From the IMG/VR virus record IMGVR_UViG_3300023194_000121, positions 770 through 64,769 of that record: 64,000 nucleotides of DNA, one strand, 5' to 3'. This document shows positions 1 to 9,033 of the stretch, in pieces; position 1 is the first letter of the stretch; each line of letters starts with the position of its first letter. The notes below the pieces were generated by a model. That model made no database searches. It worked only from the letters and a program-made list of their open reading frames with translations, and was not told the DNA's origin. The translations under genes were made by a program, and so were the position numbers. The stretch is from a virus (lineage: Duplodnaviria > Caudoviricetes).

Positions 1-353
1 AGAATTTTTGAGCCAGGTTTTATTGATTCGGCGAAACATCCATCGAGAACGGACGCGCGATTCCTTTGAGATTTCAGATCGAGCCGCTTGAATTCAGCTG
101 AGGCCATGTATTCGTGGCCGAGCCACTTGAAGGTGCCTTTGACGGGCGGCGCATCGGCCGGGCTGGTCTCGGCCGCCCCAGTGAGAAGTTCAGCCTTGGC
201 GCGCTCATATTCCGCGTGCCACTCAGCCGAGCCGAGTTCGGCTAGCAGCCGGATCTTCTTTCCCTTGATCCTTACGTAATACCTGGCCGTTTTGTAGCGG
301 TCGACGTCCTTAATCAGGTACTTGAACTTCACTTCGGCCATGGCGGGTCTCAT
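1..353 (-). CDS. int: Tyrosine integrase, N-terminal part (truncated by window edge)
   Basis: Manual translation MRPAMAEVKFKYLIKDVDRYKTARYYVRIKGKKIRL...GSAEWHAEYERA...GTFKWLGHEYMASAEFKRLDLKSQRNRASVLD, typical of alphaproteobacterial phage integrase arm/core-binding region; ATGA overlap with upstream gene; not in the ORF track. Confidence 0.85.
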   Translation of the reverse strand, partial: MRPAMAEVKFKYLIKDVDRYKTARYYVRIKGKKIRLLAELGSAEWHAEYERAKAELLTGAAETSPADAPPVKGTFKWLGHEYMASAEFKRLDLKSQRNRASVLDGCFAESIKPGSKI

Positions 354-610
354 GCGGCGACATCGCTCCAATCGATGTCGGCCTCATCCTGCCCAGCCTT
401 TCCGCGGCGAGGCAACCGCCTGAAAGCGGCCCGCAGTTCCTCCGCATCCCACAAAAGACGGCCAAAAAGCTCATGTGCGCCGGGGAAAAATCCCTTTTCG
501 ACGGCTGCTTTGAACGTGCTTTCGCTTATCCCGAGATAGGCAGATGCCTCCATAGACGAAAGCCCGATCGGGTCGCGGGGGCATTCAATTGAACGGCGCG
601 CGCGGCTCAT
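350..610 (-). CDS. Excisionase-like (AlpA/MerR-type winged HTH) protein
   Basis: GLSSMEASAYLGISESTFKAAVEKGFFP...RLLWDAEEL; directly upstream of integrase. Confidence 0.75.
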   Translation of the reverse strand: MSRARRSIECPRDPIGLSSMEASAYLGISESTFKAAVEKGFFPGAHELFGRLLWDAEELRAAFRRLPRRGKAGQDEADIDWSDVAA

Positions 611-1098
611 GATGCGACCCCAAATCGTTTTGGAAGCGGGTCAAATACTGGATGTCCCCAAGCGATATCGCCAGCGATATGCTCTTCAAGCCATTGCCGA
701 AGTCCTGACCCCAGGGTGAACCATTCGGTTCCTTCAACGCGATATTCTGAAAAAATACCGTGTAGGTAACTTTCGAATTCTCTGTGGCCCTTCATGCAGT
801 AGTATAACTTCAACGCTTCTGGGTTAGCTGTAGCAAATGTATCGAGTCGGCGACGGATGTTTTTTGTGAAACCAATTTTCACGTAATCGCCGACGCCTAC
901 GAAATAGATGAAGGTATGTATTGGCCACTCTGAGGCGATTGTCTCAACGTGTTCTATTATGCGCGGCACGCATTCAATTGGCCGGATGGTTCCATGTTGC
1001 ATGTCGATCTCGATGCCCCAGCCTCCGCCGAGGCGCGACGCTGATTTCAAGGCCCGGTCGATCTCAGTCTGCGTGATCCGAGCAGGGCGGCGGCTCAT
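607..1098 (-). CDS. GIY-YIG/T5orf172-family nuclease domain with small xis-like N-terminal extension
   Basis: IYFVGVGDYVKIGFTKNIRRRL...ANP...E..LH..F..YRV.GTEWF; start moved to ATG 1098 (ATGA overlap). Confidence 0.75.
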   Translation of the reverse strand: MSRRPARITQTEIDRALKSASRLGGGWGIEIDMQHGTIRPIECVPRIIEHVETIASEWPIHTFIYFVGVGDYVKIGFTKNIRRRLDTFATANPEALKLYYCMKGHREFESYLHGIFSEYRVEGTEWFTLGSGLRQWLEEHIAGDIAWGHPVFDPLPKRFGVAS

Positions 1099-1685
1099 GT
1101 CCCAGCCTCGACCGGAAGAGGGGTGGGGAATGGCCATAACTCAATAAAGCGTTCAAGGAACGCCTGCTTGGCCTCTTTTGGCCCCCATTCTGGAAGATCG
1201 ATTTCGATTGGCTTGCGGCCTCGCGTATAATTCCAATCGTCCCTATTTTGCATGAGCTGCAATTGCTCAGTCGCGAGCATGATGATGTCGATCTCTTTAA
1301 CTGCGGGAGATTCATGCAGAGGTAACCCAAAGCGCTTCGCAATCGCGGCTTCGACGTTTTTCTCTAATCTTCGATACTCTGGAAGGAGGTCTTTGAGCGG
1401 CTTCGTTACATCCCCAATGAATGCCTCGGCCGCATCATGCATCAGGCCTTGAAGCGCGTGTTCCGGCGGCACGAGATGGCTTACATGCACGCTATGTTGA
1501 GCAACTGAATAAAACCGTTGGCAATGGCCAGCGAAACGACAGATATTGGACAGGCCATGGGCGATGTCTTCGATTGTGAAAACAGAGTTTCCCGGATCAA
1601 GAAAATCAAAGTAGTTTCCGCTATTGAGCAAGATAGTCGGACCGACAATCCGGCGCACAGTTGCAGAATGTTCAATCTCGCTCAC
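1095..1685 (-). CDS. HD-domain 5'-deoxynucleotidase-like hydrolase (YfbR/YfdR type)
   Basis: IEDIAHGLSNICRFAGH...YSVAQHS...LMHDAAEAFIGD; GTG start at 1685 by GTGA overlap. Confidence 0.85.
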   Translation of the reverse strand: MSEIEHSATVRRIVGPTILLNSGNYFDFLDPGNSVFTIEDIAHGLSNICRFAGHCQRFYSVAQHSVHVSHLVPPEHALQGLMHDAAEAFIGDVTKPLKDLLPEYRRLEKNVEAAIAKRFGLPLHESPAVKEIDIIMLATEQLQLMQNRDDWNYTRGRKPIEIDLPEWGPKEAKQAFLERFIELWPFPTPLPVEAGT

Positions 1686-1921
1686 CCTCTGACCCTCCAA
1701 CATTTACCGGCTCGCCCCATTGCGAAACCGGCCATTGCGATAGTGTTGCACTCTTCTCGTGTTGCGTACCGCGTCGGCAAGCATTGCTCTGGCGCGTAGA
1801 TCGAACAGAGAAGGTAGAAGATTGAGGCGGTCATTTCCGGCAGCGCGTAATTATCGCAAGAATGGCCATGCCGGTCCATGCACCACATAGGAATATCAAC
1901 CAATCTGGCATCATCTCTCAC
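1682..1921 (-). CDS. Hypothetical small Cys-rich protein
   Basis: Translationally coupled by 4-nt overlaps on both sides. Confidence 0.45.
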   Translation of the reverse strand: MRDDARLVDIPMWCMDRHGHSCDNYALPEMTASIFYLLCSIYAPEQCLPTRYATREECNTIAMAGFAMGRAGKCWRVRG

Positions 1922-2268
1922 TCCTTCAGCGCGCGAAGAGCGGCGGCAAACTCATCTGCAAATCGAAGCGCCCCGGCTTCAATCAATATCCGTTCGTGTG
2001 CAGGTGGTAGGCTTTTATAGATCTTTTCGTGCGCGGCCTTAATTGCATCAGCAACCTTCGCCGCTTCTTCCAGCACATCATTGCGGACGGTGGAGATGAC
2101 ATCAAAAGCAGCTACCAAACAACTGCAGGAAGATAGGAAGTCGTCACCTTCAATCAAATTCCCGCAGTTATATAGGTAGCTACATTCTGTACTGATGGCT
2201 ATCTTAGCCCGAATACAGCGAACGAGATCTTCGCCAACAGCTAGCACCTTCTCTCGCGTGTCGGTCAT
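1918..2268 (-). CDS. Hypothetical phage protein
   Basis: ORF in coupled early-left operon; RNDVLEEAAKVAD motif common in such phage proteins. Confidence 0.55.
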   Translation of the reverse strand: MTDTREKVLAVGEDLVRCIRAKIAISTECSYLYNCGNLIEGDDFLSSCSCLVAAFDVISTVRNDVLEEAAKVADAIKAAHEKIYKSLPPAHERILIEAGALRFADEFAAALRALKE

Positions 2269-2353
2269 GGGCGCTCCTTCGCGCACAGTTCTTCAAGCCG
2301 GTCAAGATCAAGCGGCGCGCCAGAGGCTTTGAGTTCAGAGGGGGGTGTGTCGG

Positions 2354-2560
2354 TCATTGGCGGCTTCCTTCGATCATCTTGTCAAATGCGATGGCGTCGA
2401 TTGTCCGGCAAACTGCTTTTGATGCTTCGAAAACCTGCCTCGCTGTGGTCAATGCTTGATCTTCCGATGGGCGCGGTGGCTGCATCACAACCAACATGAA
2501 TGCGCATGCGAAGCAAGAAGACAGAAATGCGAACTTTAACCCGGCTGATATTTCTTGCAT
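2354..2560 (-). CDS. Hypothetical protein with N-terminal hydrophobic segment
   Basis: ORF with GGAGG RBS in the operon. Confidence 0.5.
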   Translation of the reverse strand: MQEISAGLKFAFLSSCFACAFMLVVMQPPRPSEDQALTTARQVFEASKAVCRTIDAIAFDKMIEGSRQ

Positions 2561-2564
2561 GGCC

Positions 2565-3086
2565 TCACTCCGCAGCGTCTTGGCGCGCGTCGAGCACGCC
2601 GTGATAGAATCCGAGACGGTTCAATTTCTCGATGAGCTTGCGGGCTTGCTTGTGGGCCGACGCGTCGACAGCACCAATCGCGGCTTCTTCTTCAAGCGCT
2701 GGCAATAGGAGGTCGAGACCGCGTGACATCGCGCTCTCCGGCGGAAGCACGAGATAGTCGCTATCGGTAAGGATCTTCAGGACGTGGTAGACGATCAGGC
2801 CGAACTTGCAGACGCGCGTTTCCGCTTGCTCGTACTCGCGCATGATTTCATCACGGGTGCGTTCGCAACGCCGCATCAGAGCATGGCGCTTTTTATGGTC
2901 CAGACCGTCGAAGGGTTCGAAATGCGCGGTCCAGAAAAGCTGCTTGGCTTCGATGACGCCGGGCTCGTTCGGATCAGCTGCGCCTGAAATCAGAACGCTG
3001 AGCGCGAGGAAGGGTGGAAGCGCCAGTTCGATGCGTTGGCTGTCGCTAATATAGCTGGTCATTTCGACAACTCGACGGTTAGGCAC
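2565..3086 (-). CDS. Hypothetical phage protein
   Basis: 173-aa ORF, phage-like codon usage, operon context. Confidence 0.6.
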   Translation of the reverse strand: MPNRRVVEMTSYISDSQRIELALPPFLALSVLISGAADPNEPGVIEAKQLFWTAHFEPFDGLDHKKRHALMRRCERTRDEIMREYEQAETRVCKFGLIVYHVLKILTDSDYLVLPPESAMSRGLDLLLPALEEEAAIGAVDASAHKQARKLIEKLNRLGFYHGVLDARQDAAE

Positions 3087-3385
3087 GCGATCTCGGGCCG
3101 GATTTCGCTTTCAAGCATCTTGATCCGCTGCTCGGCGGCTCGCGCTCTGGTCAGAAGCTCTGTGGTCTTGGCCTGCAAGGCATTGCGATGGGCTTCGAGA
3201 AATGCCACACGCTCTAACAATGGTTGGCAAATCTCCCGCTCAATTTCTGCTGAGATGAATGCGACGTACGGTTCATAGACGATGAAGCCGGGCCGCTTGC
3301 CATGGACATCGCCGCGGCCGATTGTCGGGCTTGAGTGCATGCGGAGCGCGCGGATGATGGACCAATAAATGTCGGAGCTTTTCAT
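3059..3385 (-). CDS. Hypothetical protein with C-terminal coiled coil
   Basis: ATGA-coupled to J-domain gene. Confidence 0.55.
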   Translation of the reverse strand: MKSSDIYWSIIRALRMHSSPTIGRGDVHGKRPGFIVYEPYVAFISAEIEREICQPLLERVAFLEAHRNALQAKTTELLTRARAAEQRIKMLESEIRPEIACLTVELSK

Positions 3386-3966
3386 GACCGCTCCTTCAGC
3401 GCTTGATCACGAGCCGCGTTGAGTTCCGCCATCATTGCGTCGGAGCCGCCGGCGTCCGGGTGACGCACGCGGGCGAGACGCCTGAAGGCTTCTTCGATCT
3501 GCTGCCGAGGCGCGTCAGAAGATAGACCGAGGATCTGCCACCATGGTGTTGCGCCCGGCGCCGCTAGTGCCGCAAACCCTTCGAAGGCACGCTCCATCAT
3601 CATCGAGCCGCCGTGGCGCTCAATCGCGCGCATGGCCTCGATCGTCAGAGCGATCGAATGCAGGTTGTGATGGACGGTCTTATAGACGTCGTGCGCCATG
3701 ACGCGCTGACGGCCGTTGATCGTGAAGAATACGGATGCTCCGGGATCGTCGAGCTTATCCTGCGCCTGGTCGGCGTAAGGCAGTCCATCGCGGCGCACGG
3801 CGGCATTGCTCGATATTATCGGCGAGCTGCCTCCGAGAAGGTGGATCTCGCGCACAAGCTTATCGAGCGTCTTCGTCCACGGGGTGTCGAAGCGGGCATC
3901 TTTACGAGCCTGCTTCGCGGTGCGCGGCCAGCCTGCAGGCCATTGGAGGGGATAAGCGGCGGTCAT
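3382..3966 (-). CDS. Phage J-domain (DnaJ-like) protein
   Basis: N-terminal AYPLQWPAGWPRT and C-terminal WWQILGL...AFRRLARVRHPDAGGSDAMMAELNAA with HPD motif. Confidence 0.88.
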   Translation of the reverse strand: MTAAYPLQWPAGWPRTAKQARKDARFDTPWTKTLDKLVREIHLLGGSSPIISSNAAVRRDGLPYADQAQDKLDDPGASVFFTINGRQRVMAHDVYKTVHHNLHSIALTIEAMRAIERHGGSMMMERAFEGFAALAAPGATPWWQILGLSSDAPRQQIEEAFRRLARVRHPDAGGSDAMMAELNAARDQALKERS

Positions 3967-5189
3967 GCCTGTGCCTCCGGGAAGGCGTTGTGCTCAACGC
4001 CGTCGAGTTCGCGGCCTGCGGTGACCTTTCCAAACTTGGATATGATCTCCGCATGCCGATCTTCTGGAAAGCCGGTCACAGCCGCCGAGCCAGTTAGATG
4101 CGTGCCATCACTCGCAATAACCGAGCAGACTGCTTTGCCGGCCGGGTAAAGCTCGCATGGGCCATACTCCCCCCATTGCTTGAATAAAAACGGCACGCCA
4201 GCGGCCGCACATTGATCGCGCAGGGATCGGAACCAGTCGGGATGCGAAGGCCGCGCATGAGGCCCGCTCTCGCCGCCGGCGACGATCCAATCGAGAGTGA
4301 TGCGATCAACACCGATCCACTCAGGGCAACCGTCTAAACCACGCGGACCTTCTTCGCAGTGGTAATACGCTTTATCACGCGGACATTTGCAATTGCTGTA
4401 GCTTTCGCATTCTTGGCAGCCCCAGCTGTGTCCGTCGACTTCAGATTGTTCGGCCGACCCGATTGGCCAATCAAGCCACGGTTCCAAGTCGACAGACCCG
4501 AGCATCGGCTCGATCGAGACCCAACGCAGCGCGGCAGGCGTCGCGAGCAAAAGCGGAATGCGCTTGTCGGCCATCTCCTGATTTTCAGCCGTGACGCCGA
4601 GCCAGACATTCTTCAGCGGCCACGAACGAGCTGCAATAATACGTCGCCAGCCGAACTCAGGCTCACCGCTTTCGAGCCGCAGGCCGACAGGCATTTCTAG
4701 AATCACGGGCGGATCCGGTAACTCTTTACGCGACGGCGCCAGAGCCCAGGTCGCGCCTGCTATCCGCGCCGCCACACCTTCGCCATTCGGATAAGGCCCG
4801 CAAATATATTCTCGCATCCGCTCCGGCCGCTTGGTCAACACCTGAAACGTGTGCTGCGGACAGAGCGCCATAACGGCGAAGATGCGGTCGATCATCTCAT
4901 CGCTGACCCACTCGCCGAACAAATCCGTCATCGAGCAGACGAAGATCTTGCGCGGGCGCGTCCATTTGAGCGGCTGAAGCAGCGTCTTTTCGTCGAGAAA
5001 GACATCGCGCTTGATGTGGCTATCCCGGTAGGCAACACGGTTGCCAAGACGCATGTTCATCGCCTCGGCATAACAGTTAGTGCAGGCGGCGCTCACTTTT
5101 TCACAGTGCCAGCCGACCTTCGCATACATACGCGCGCGGATCGGGTTCCACGAAGCGTCCGTCCATTCGATCTTGGATTTGTCGCTCAT
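3963..5189 (-). CDS. DUF5131 / Gp37Gp68-family protein (radical-SAM-like Cys cluster)
   Basis: SKIEWTDASWNP..., CEKVSAACTNCYAE, FVCSMTDLF, FQVLTKRPERM, WVSIEPMLG, DWIVAGGESGPHARP, FLFKQWGE. Confidence 0.9.
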   Translation of the reverse strand: MSDKSKIEWTDASWNPIRARMYAKVGWHCEKVSAACTNCYAEAMNMRLGNRVAYRDSHIKRDVFLDEKTLLQPLKWTRPRKIFVCSMTDLFGEWVSDEMIDRIFAVMALCPQHTFQVLTKRPERMREYICGPYPNGEGVAARIAGATWALAPSRKELPDPPVILEMPVGLRLESGEPEFGWRRIIAARSWPLKNVWLGVTAENQEMADKRIPLLLATPAALRWVSIEPMLGSVDLEPWLDWPIGSAEQSEVDGHSWGCQECESYSNCKCPRDKAYYHCEEGPRGLDGCPEWIGVDRITLDWIVAGGESGPHARPSHPDWFRSLRDQCAAAGVPFLFKQWGEYGPCELYPAGKAVCSVIASDGTHLTGSAAVTGFPEDRHAEIISKFGKVTAGRELDGVEHNAFPEAQA

Positions 5190-6307
5190 GCCGCGCCTCC
5201 CACAATGGTTAGGCGCTCAGCCGCGCGGGTCACGGCCGTATATCTCCAGCGCCGGGCATCCTCACGGAACACATCGGCTTCATCGAACACGACAACATTG
5301 TCCCACTGCGAGCCCTGCGCCTTGTGGCATGTCAACGCGTAGCCGTAGGTGAACTGGTCGGAGCCCTTGAGCTCGCTATAATGAAGCTGATCGTCGGTGC
5401 CGTTGAAGAACTCACGCCGGACCTTTACCGACGTTGGCTTGGGTTCGTCTTGAACGTCTTCTGGCACGATCTGGAATTTTACCAGGTCAGAAGCGGCTTT
5501 GATCTTTCCATCGATCTTCCAGAGGCTGCCGTTGAGCAGCTTTTTCTCACGATCGTTCTTCAGGCAAACCAGTTTATCGCCGACCTCCGGCTTATCGCTT
5601 TCTCGGCCGAGCAATTCGCGGATGCGGCGGTTGTATTGCTGACGTGTTTTATTGCGACCGACGAGAACCTGATCGCATTTGAGGATATCATCCGGCGTGA
5701 TATCGGCGCGCGGGATAACGCGACAAGCGCCATAGTCACCATGCCGGAGCCTTTCACCTTCTCGGATCTGCATCGACAAGCGAATGATCGGGTTGTCACG
5801 CGCCTGGCGATGGACCTCGGTCAACATGAAATCAGGCTGGCATTCCGTGAAGAAGCCGGTGCCCTTGACCGGCGGCAACTGGGCCGGATCGCCAAGGACC
5901 AGAACCTTGGTGCGAAATGACAGAAGGTCGCGCGCCAACTCTTCGTCGACCATCGAGCATTCGTCGATGATAACGAGATCGGCGTCGGCCACGACGCTGT
6001 TCTCGTTCAAGATGAACTTCGGTTCCCAGCCTTTGTTGTCTTCGTCTAGGCTGTAAATCAGCGAGTGAATCGTCGACGCGCCATCGCAACCCTTGCGGCG
6101 CATGACCAATGCGGCTTTGCCGGTGAACGCGCCATAGAGAACGCGTCCCCGAATATCGCCAGCCAGTTCTTTCGCGAGCGTCGTCTTGCCGGTACCAGCG
6201 AACCCAAACAGCCGGAAGATCTGGCCGCGTCCACCATTCAGCCAACTGCGAACTGACTTGATCGCGGCCTCTTGCTGGCCAGACCACTGGAGATGATCGA
6301 GCGCCAT
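5186..6307 (-). CDS. RecD/Dda-like SF1B ATP-dependent DNA helicase
   Basis: Walker A GFAGTGKTT, IIDECSM, LGDPAQLPPV, LTEVHRQA, YALTCHKAQGSQW, YTAVTRA. Confidence 0.92.
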   Translation of the reverse strand: MALDHLQWSGQQEAAIKSVRSWLNGGRGQIFRLFGFAGTGKTTLAKELAGDIRGRVLYGAFTGKAALVMRRKGCDGASTIHSLIYSLDEDNKGWEPKFILNENSVVADADLVIIDECSMVDEELARDLLSFRTKVLVLGDPAQLPPVKGTGFFTECQPDFMLTEVHRQARDNPIIRLSMQIREGERLRHGDYGACRVIPRADITPDDILKCDQVLVGRNKTRQQYNRRIRELLGRESDKPEVGDKLVCLKNDREKKLLNGSLWKIDGKIKAASDLVKFQIVPEDVQDEPKPTSVKVRREFFNGTDDQLHYSELKGSDQFTYGYALTCHKAQGSQWDNVVVFDEADVFREDARRWRYTAVTRAAERLTIVGGAA

Positions 6308-6708
6308 CAGAAAGCCACCTCGTCATCCGCCAAAGCCGTAAGAGCAAAAGTGACCTGCTCGGGCGGTAGTCCAGTGAGGCTGTATTTGTTTTCTATCGCC
6401 AGGCAGGACGCAAAATCCCCGCTTATCATGTGACGCTGGTATGCTTCGAGATCGGCTCTCGCTTCATCAGGGTCAACATCAACCGCTTCGAGCAAGGAAG
6501 ATTCATCATCGTTGATCTCGGCGAACATCTCGTCCAATTCCTCCGACGAGATCCCTGTGATGATGAATTCGCGCTGGTCAACGGTGAGGTGCGGAAAAGC
6601 ATCCTGAACGAGAGCGCCGTTCTGATAGGCGGCCATTTGCTGTTCTGTGATTGGCAGGTCGAGAGTCCGCTCGATGCCAGATGCCGCAGATTTACGTGTG
6701 ACGAGCAT
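6307..6708 (-). CDS. Hypothetical protein
   Basis: Start placed at ATG 6708; VQDAFPHLTVDQREFIITGIS motif. Confidence 0.6.
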   Translation of the reverse strand: MLVTRKSAASGIERTLDLPITEQQMAAYQNGALVQDAFPHLTVDQREFIITGISSEELDEMFAEINDDESSLLEAVDVDPDEARADLEAYQRHMISGDFASCLAIENKYSLTGLPPEQVTFALTALADDEVAF

Positions 6709-6709
6709 T

Positions 6710-7165
6710 TTAGGAATCCTTGAGCTTGTAGCAGCCGGACATGGTCGTTCGCTGCAGCGGTGGAATCGCATTTTTGTCGACCTTGCCGACGCGATCGGAT
6801 CGCGGCTTTGGCGGGGCCGGATCAAAGCCGCGCGTTTTCAAATCGCCCTTCGGCTTTGTGATGCCGATATCCTTCGCCTGCGCCCGCTTTGCCTTTGCGA
6901 TCGCCGGAACGTCTTGTTTCGTGGTCTTGATCGCGTGACAGCTTGTCGGGGTGCCGGAGCAAAGAAGCTGCCCGTCGGCCGCCGTGAGCTTTTTCGCTTT
7001 CTTGTCCTCGTCAGAACGAAGCGCATCGGCGATGATGTGGTCGATTTGGAAATTTCGACCTTTGATCTTCAGACCGCATTTCTCACAGCGCATCGCGCCA
7101 TTTGAGTCGATTGCGCGGTTGGCAATCTCCATGCTGACCTGACGGGAGAATTCTTGACGGCTCAT
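6710..7165 (-). CDS. HNH endonuclease
   Basis: CEKC...IDHIIADAL...LLC...CHAIKT. Confidence 0.8.
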   Translation of the reverse strand: MSRQEFSRQVSMEIANRAIDSNGAMRCEKCGLKIKGRNFQIDHIIADALRSDEDKKAKKLTAADGQLLCSGTPTSCHAIKTTKQDVPAIAKAKRAQAKDIGITKPKGDLKTRGFDPAPPKPRSDRVGKVDKNAIPPLQRTTMSGCYKLKDS

Positions 7166-7680
7166 GCGGCTTGACCTGCTTCGCGCTCAAGCGAGCCTAT
7201 GGGTAGACCGACCAGATCGTTCAGAATCTTGAAGACCGCGTCTTTGCTCGCCTCAAACTCTTTGCGCCCCATCTCTTTCTGAGATTGCGACCTCGCCGTG
7301 TATTGCAGGACGACGTTGTTCTTCACGAGCACGATCGAGCAATCGTCGATCGGGCGGATGAAGGCGGCGACGCGCTGCGCCTCCGCGTTCGTCAAGGTGA
7401 CGATCGAGCGCTCGTCGCGGAATCCTGCCTTAATCAGGCACTTTTTCCTGAGAGCTTCTGTCGTAGGGAATTGATCGGCAAGATCCTCTGGCAAGTTCTT
7501 CCAGCATTCCTTCAGCACCGCAAAAAAATGCCCGCGTGATTTTTGTGAGACCTCATCGACGGGCTCGAGCTGGTAGCATTCCCCGACCACGAAGGTTTCA
7601 TCAGCACGGTTGGCGAAGCGGGATAAGGGCACCATGCTTTCACCGTCCCAACGAAACACGATAGGTGCGTATCGACTCAT
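7162..7680 (-). CDS. Conserved alphaproteobacterial phage recombination-associated protein (NinB-like)
   Basis: FRWDGESMVP...SRGHFFAVLKECWKNLPE; lies between recT and HNH. Confidence 0.55.
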   Translation of the reverse strand: MSRYAPIVFRWDGESMVPLSRFANRADETFVVGECYQLEPVDEVSQKSRGHFFAVLKECWKNLPEDLADQFPTTEALRKKCLIKAGFRDERSIVTLTNAEAQRVAAFIRPIDDCSIVLVKNNVVLQYTARSQSQKEMGRKEFEASKDAVFKILNDLVGLPIGSLEREAGQAA

Positions 7681-7683
7681 CGC

Positions 7684-9030
7684 TCACCTCGCCTGGTTTT
7701 GGTCGGCTTGCGCAGCTTCCTCGTTCAGGTCGCTGAGGAACTCATCGACGATTTTGCTCGTCGCAAGATCAAGCTTCCCGAGCCACGCTGACAGGCGGCG
7801 GCTGCCTTTGCGCGCCTGCTCCATGCCATCCATGTAGGCCTGCTTCTTTGCGGGATTGACGTCCGGCTTTTGCTCGACAGTCTGCCCGCCACGCACTCGC
7901 TTGCGATGCGTTTCGAATAGATCTTCGGCCTGCTCGCGGACTTTCTTCGGGGCATCGTTGAACCAGGCTTCGGTGGCATCTTCCCAAAGCTGAAGTAGAT
8001 CCTCTTCGGTGCCAGCATTCTCGAAGGCGTCCGAAAGCATGGCCATTTGGTCTGTGAAATTGACTTCTGCTCGGTCCTTGACTGCCCGCGATTCATCGGG
8101 CGCTTTCTGAGCCTTTTGTTCTTTTTTCGACGCGGCCGCCTGAGGCTGTTCTTTGCTCTGCGGATTTTCACGAGACATTTCGCCGGGACCAACTTCATCG
8201 TGATCGATGACGCGTGAGGGGCCCTCGAAAGAGTCGACAAGATCATCCAAACGACCTTGAATGCCGCGCCGTTGCCCCACGGCCGGTTGGATCTGCGCAG
8301 CAGGCTGCTCGTTCTTGTCGCCAAAGCTATAAAGATCGTCATCTTGACGCATGAGGTCGTCTAGATCAGACGACATTGGAAGAACCTTGCTATGCCGATG
8401 AGCTACCGTCTTGCAGCACATCGAGTCTTCCGCGTCATTCCATGGCGTGGACTTTATGTGGCCGCCTTTGAAAGCCTTCCAGCTTTCAGAATATTTGTCT
8501 CGAATTTCATGGATCTTGCGGATCGGCATAACCTCTCGGCTTATTGATCCATCTTTCAGAATTGCAATCGAATAAGCCGCAATGATCGGTCCCGGCTCGT
8601 CCAGCGTTGGCTTGTGATGAATGTAAGGATCGTCACCCTTTGCATAATCGAAGAAGTCATTGGCGTAGACGACGCTGACATTCCAATCTGAAATATCGCC
8701 GGAGTTGCGCGCCTTCTTACGGATGCCTGCGATCATTGGCTGATAGGCGGCATCCTTGGTTCTTTCTTTCCAGTTTTTGCGAACGACGATCGCAGCCTCT
8801 CGGCCGTCCGGGAGCAAACCATCCTGTGCGCATTTCATGATGGAGTTGAAAAGGGACTTCCGGCTGCATTCGAGCAGCTCTGGATTGTTCTGGGCGGCCG
8901 TCATGGCTACCCGCGCAAAACGAGCGGGAGGAATATGTTTCGGGAGCGCCGCTGCGAACTGGGAGTCCATCTGGGACAGTTGAACCCGAAACTCATCGAT
9001 AGGCGTCAAGGCCCTTTCAACGCTGCCCAT
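7684..9030 (-). CDS. recT: RecT-family ssDNA annealing protein with long acidic C-terminal extension
   Basis: FAAALPKHIPPARFARVAMTA..NNP.LL.C...SL..SIM.CAQDGLLPDGREAAIV...M..KTV. Confidence 0.9.
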   Translation of the reverse strand: MGSVERALTPIDEFRVQLSQMDSQFAAALPKHIPPARFARVAMTAAQNNPELLECSRKSLFNSIMKCAQDGLLPDGREAAIVVRKNWKERTKDAAYQPMIAGIRKKARNSGDISDWNVSVVYANDFFDYAKGDDPYIHHKPTLDEPGPIIAAYSIAILKDGSISREVMPIRKIHEIRDKYSESWKAFKGGHIKSTPWNDAEDSMCCKTVAHRHSKVLPMSSDLDDLMRQDDDLYSFGDKNEQPAAQIQPAVGQRRGIQGRLDDLVDSFEGPSRVIDHDEVGPGEMSRENPQSKEQPQAAASKKEQKAQKAPDESRAVKDRAEVNFTDQMAMLSDAFENAGTEEDLLQLWEDATEAWFNDAPKKVREQAEDLFETHRKRVRGGQTVEQKPDVNPAKKQAYMDGMEQARKGSRRLSAWLGKLDLATSKIVDEFLSDLNEEAAQADQNQAR

Positions 9031-9033
9031 GGC

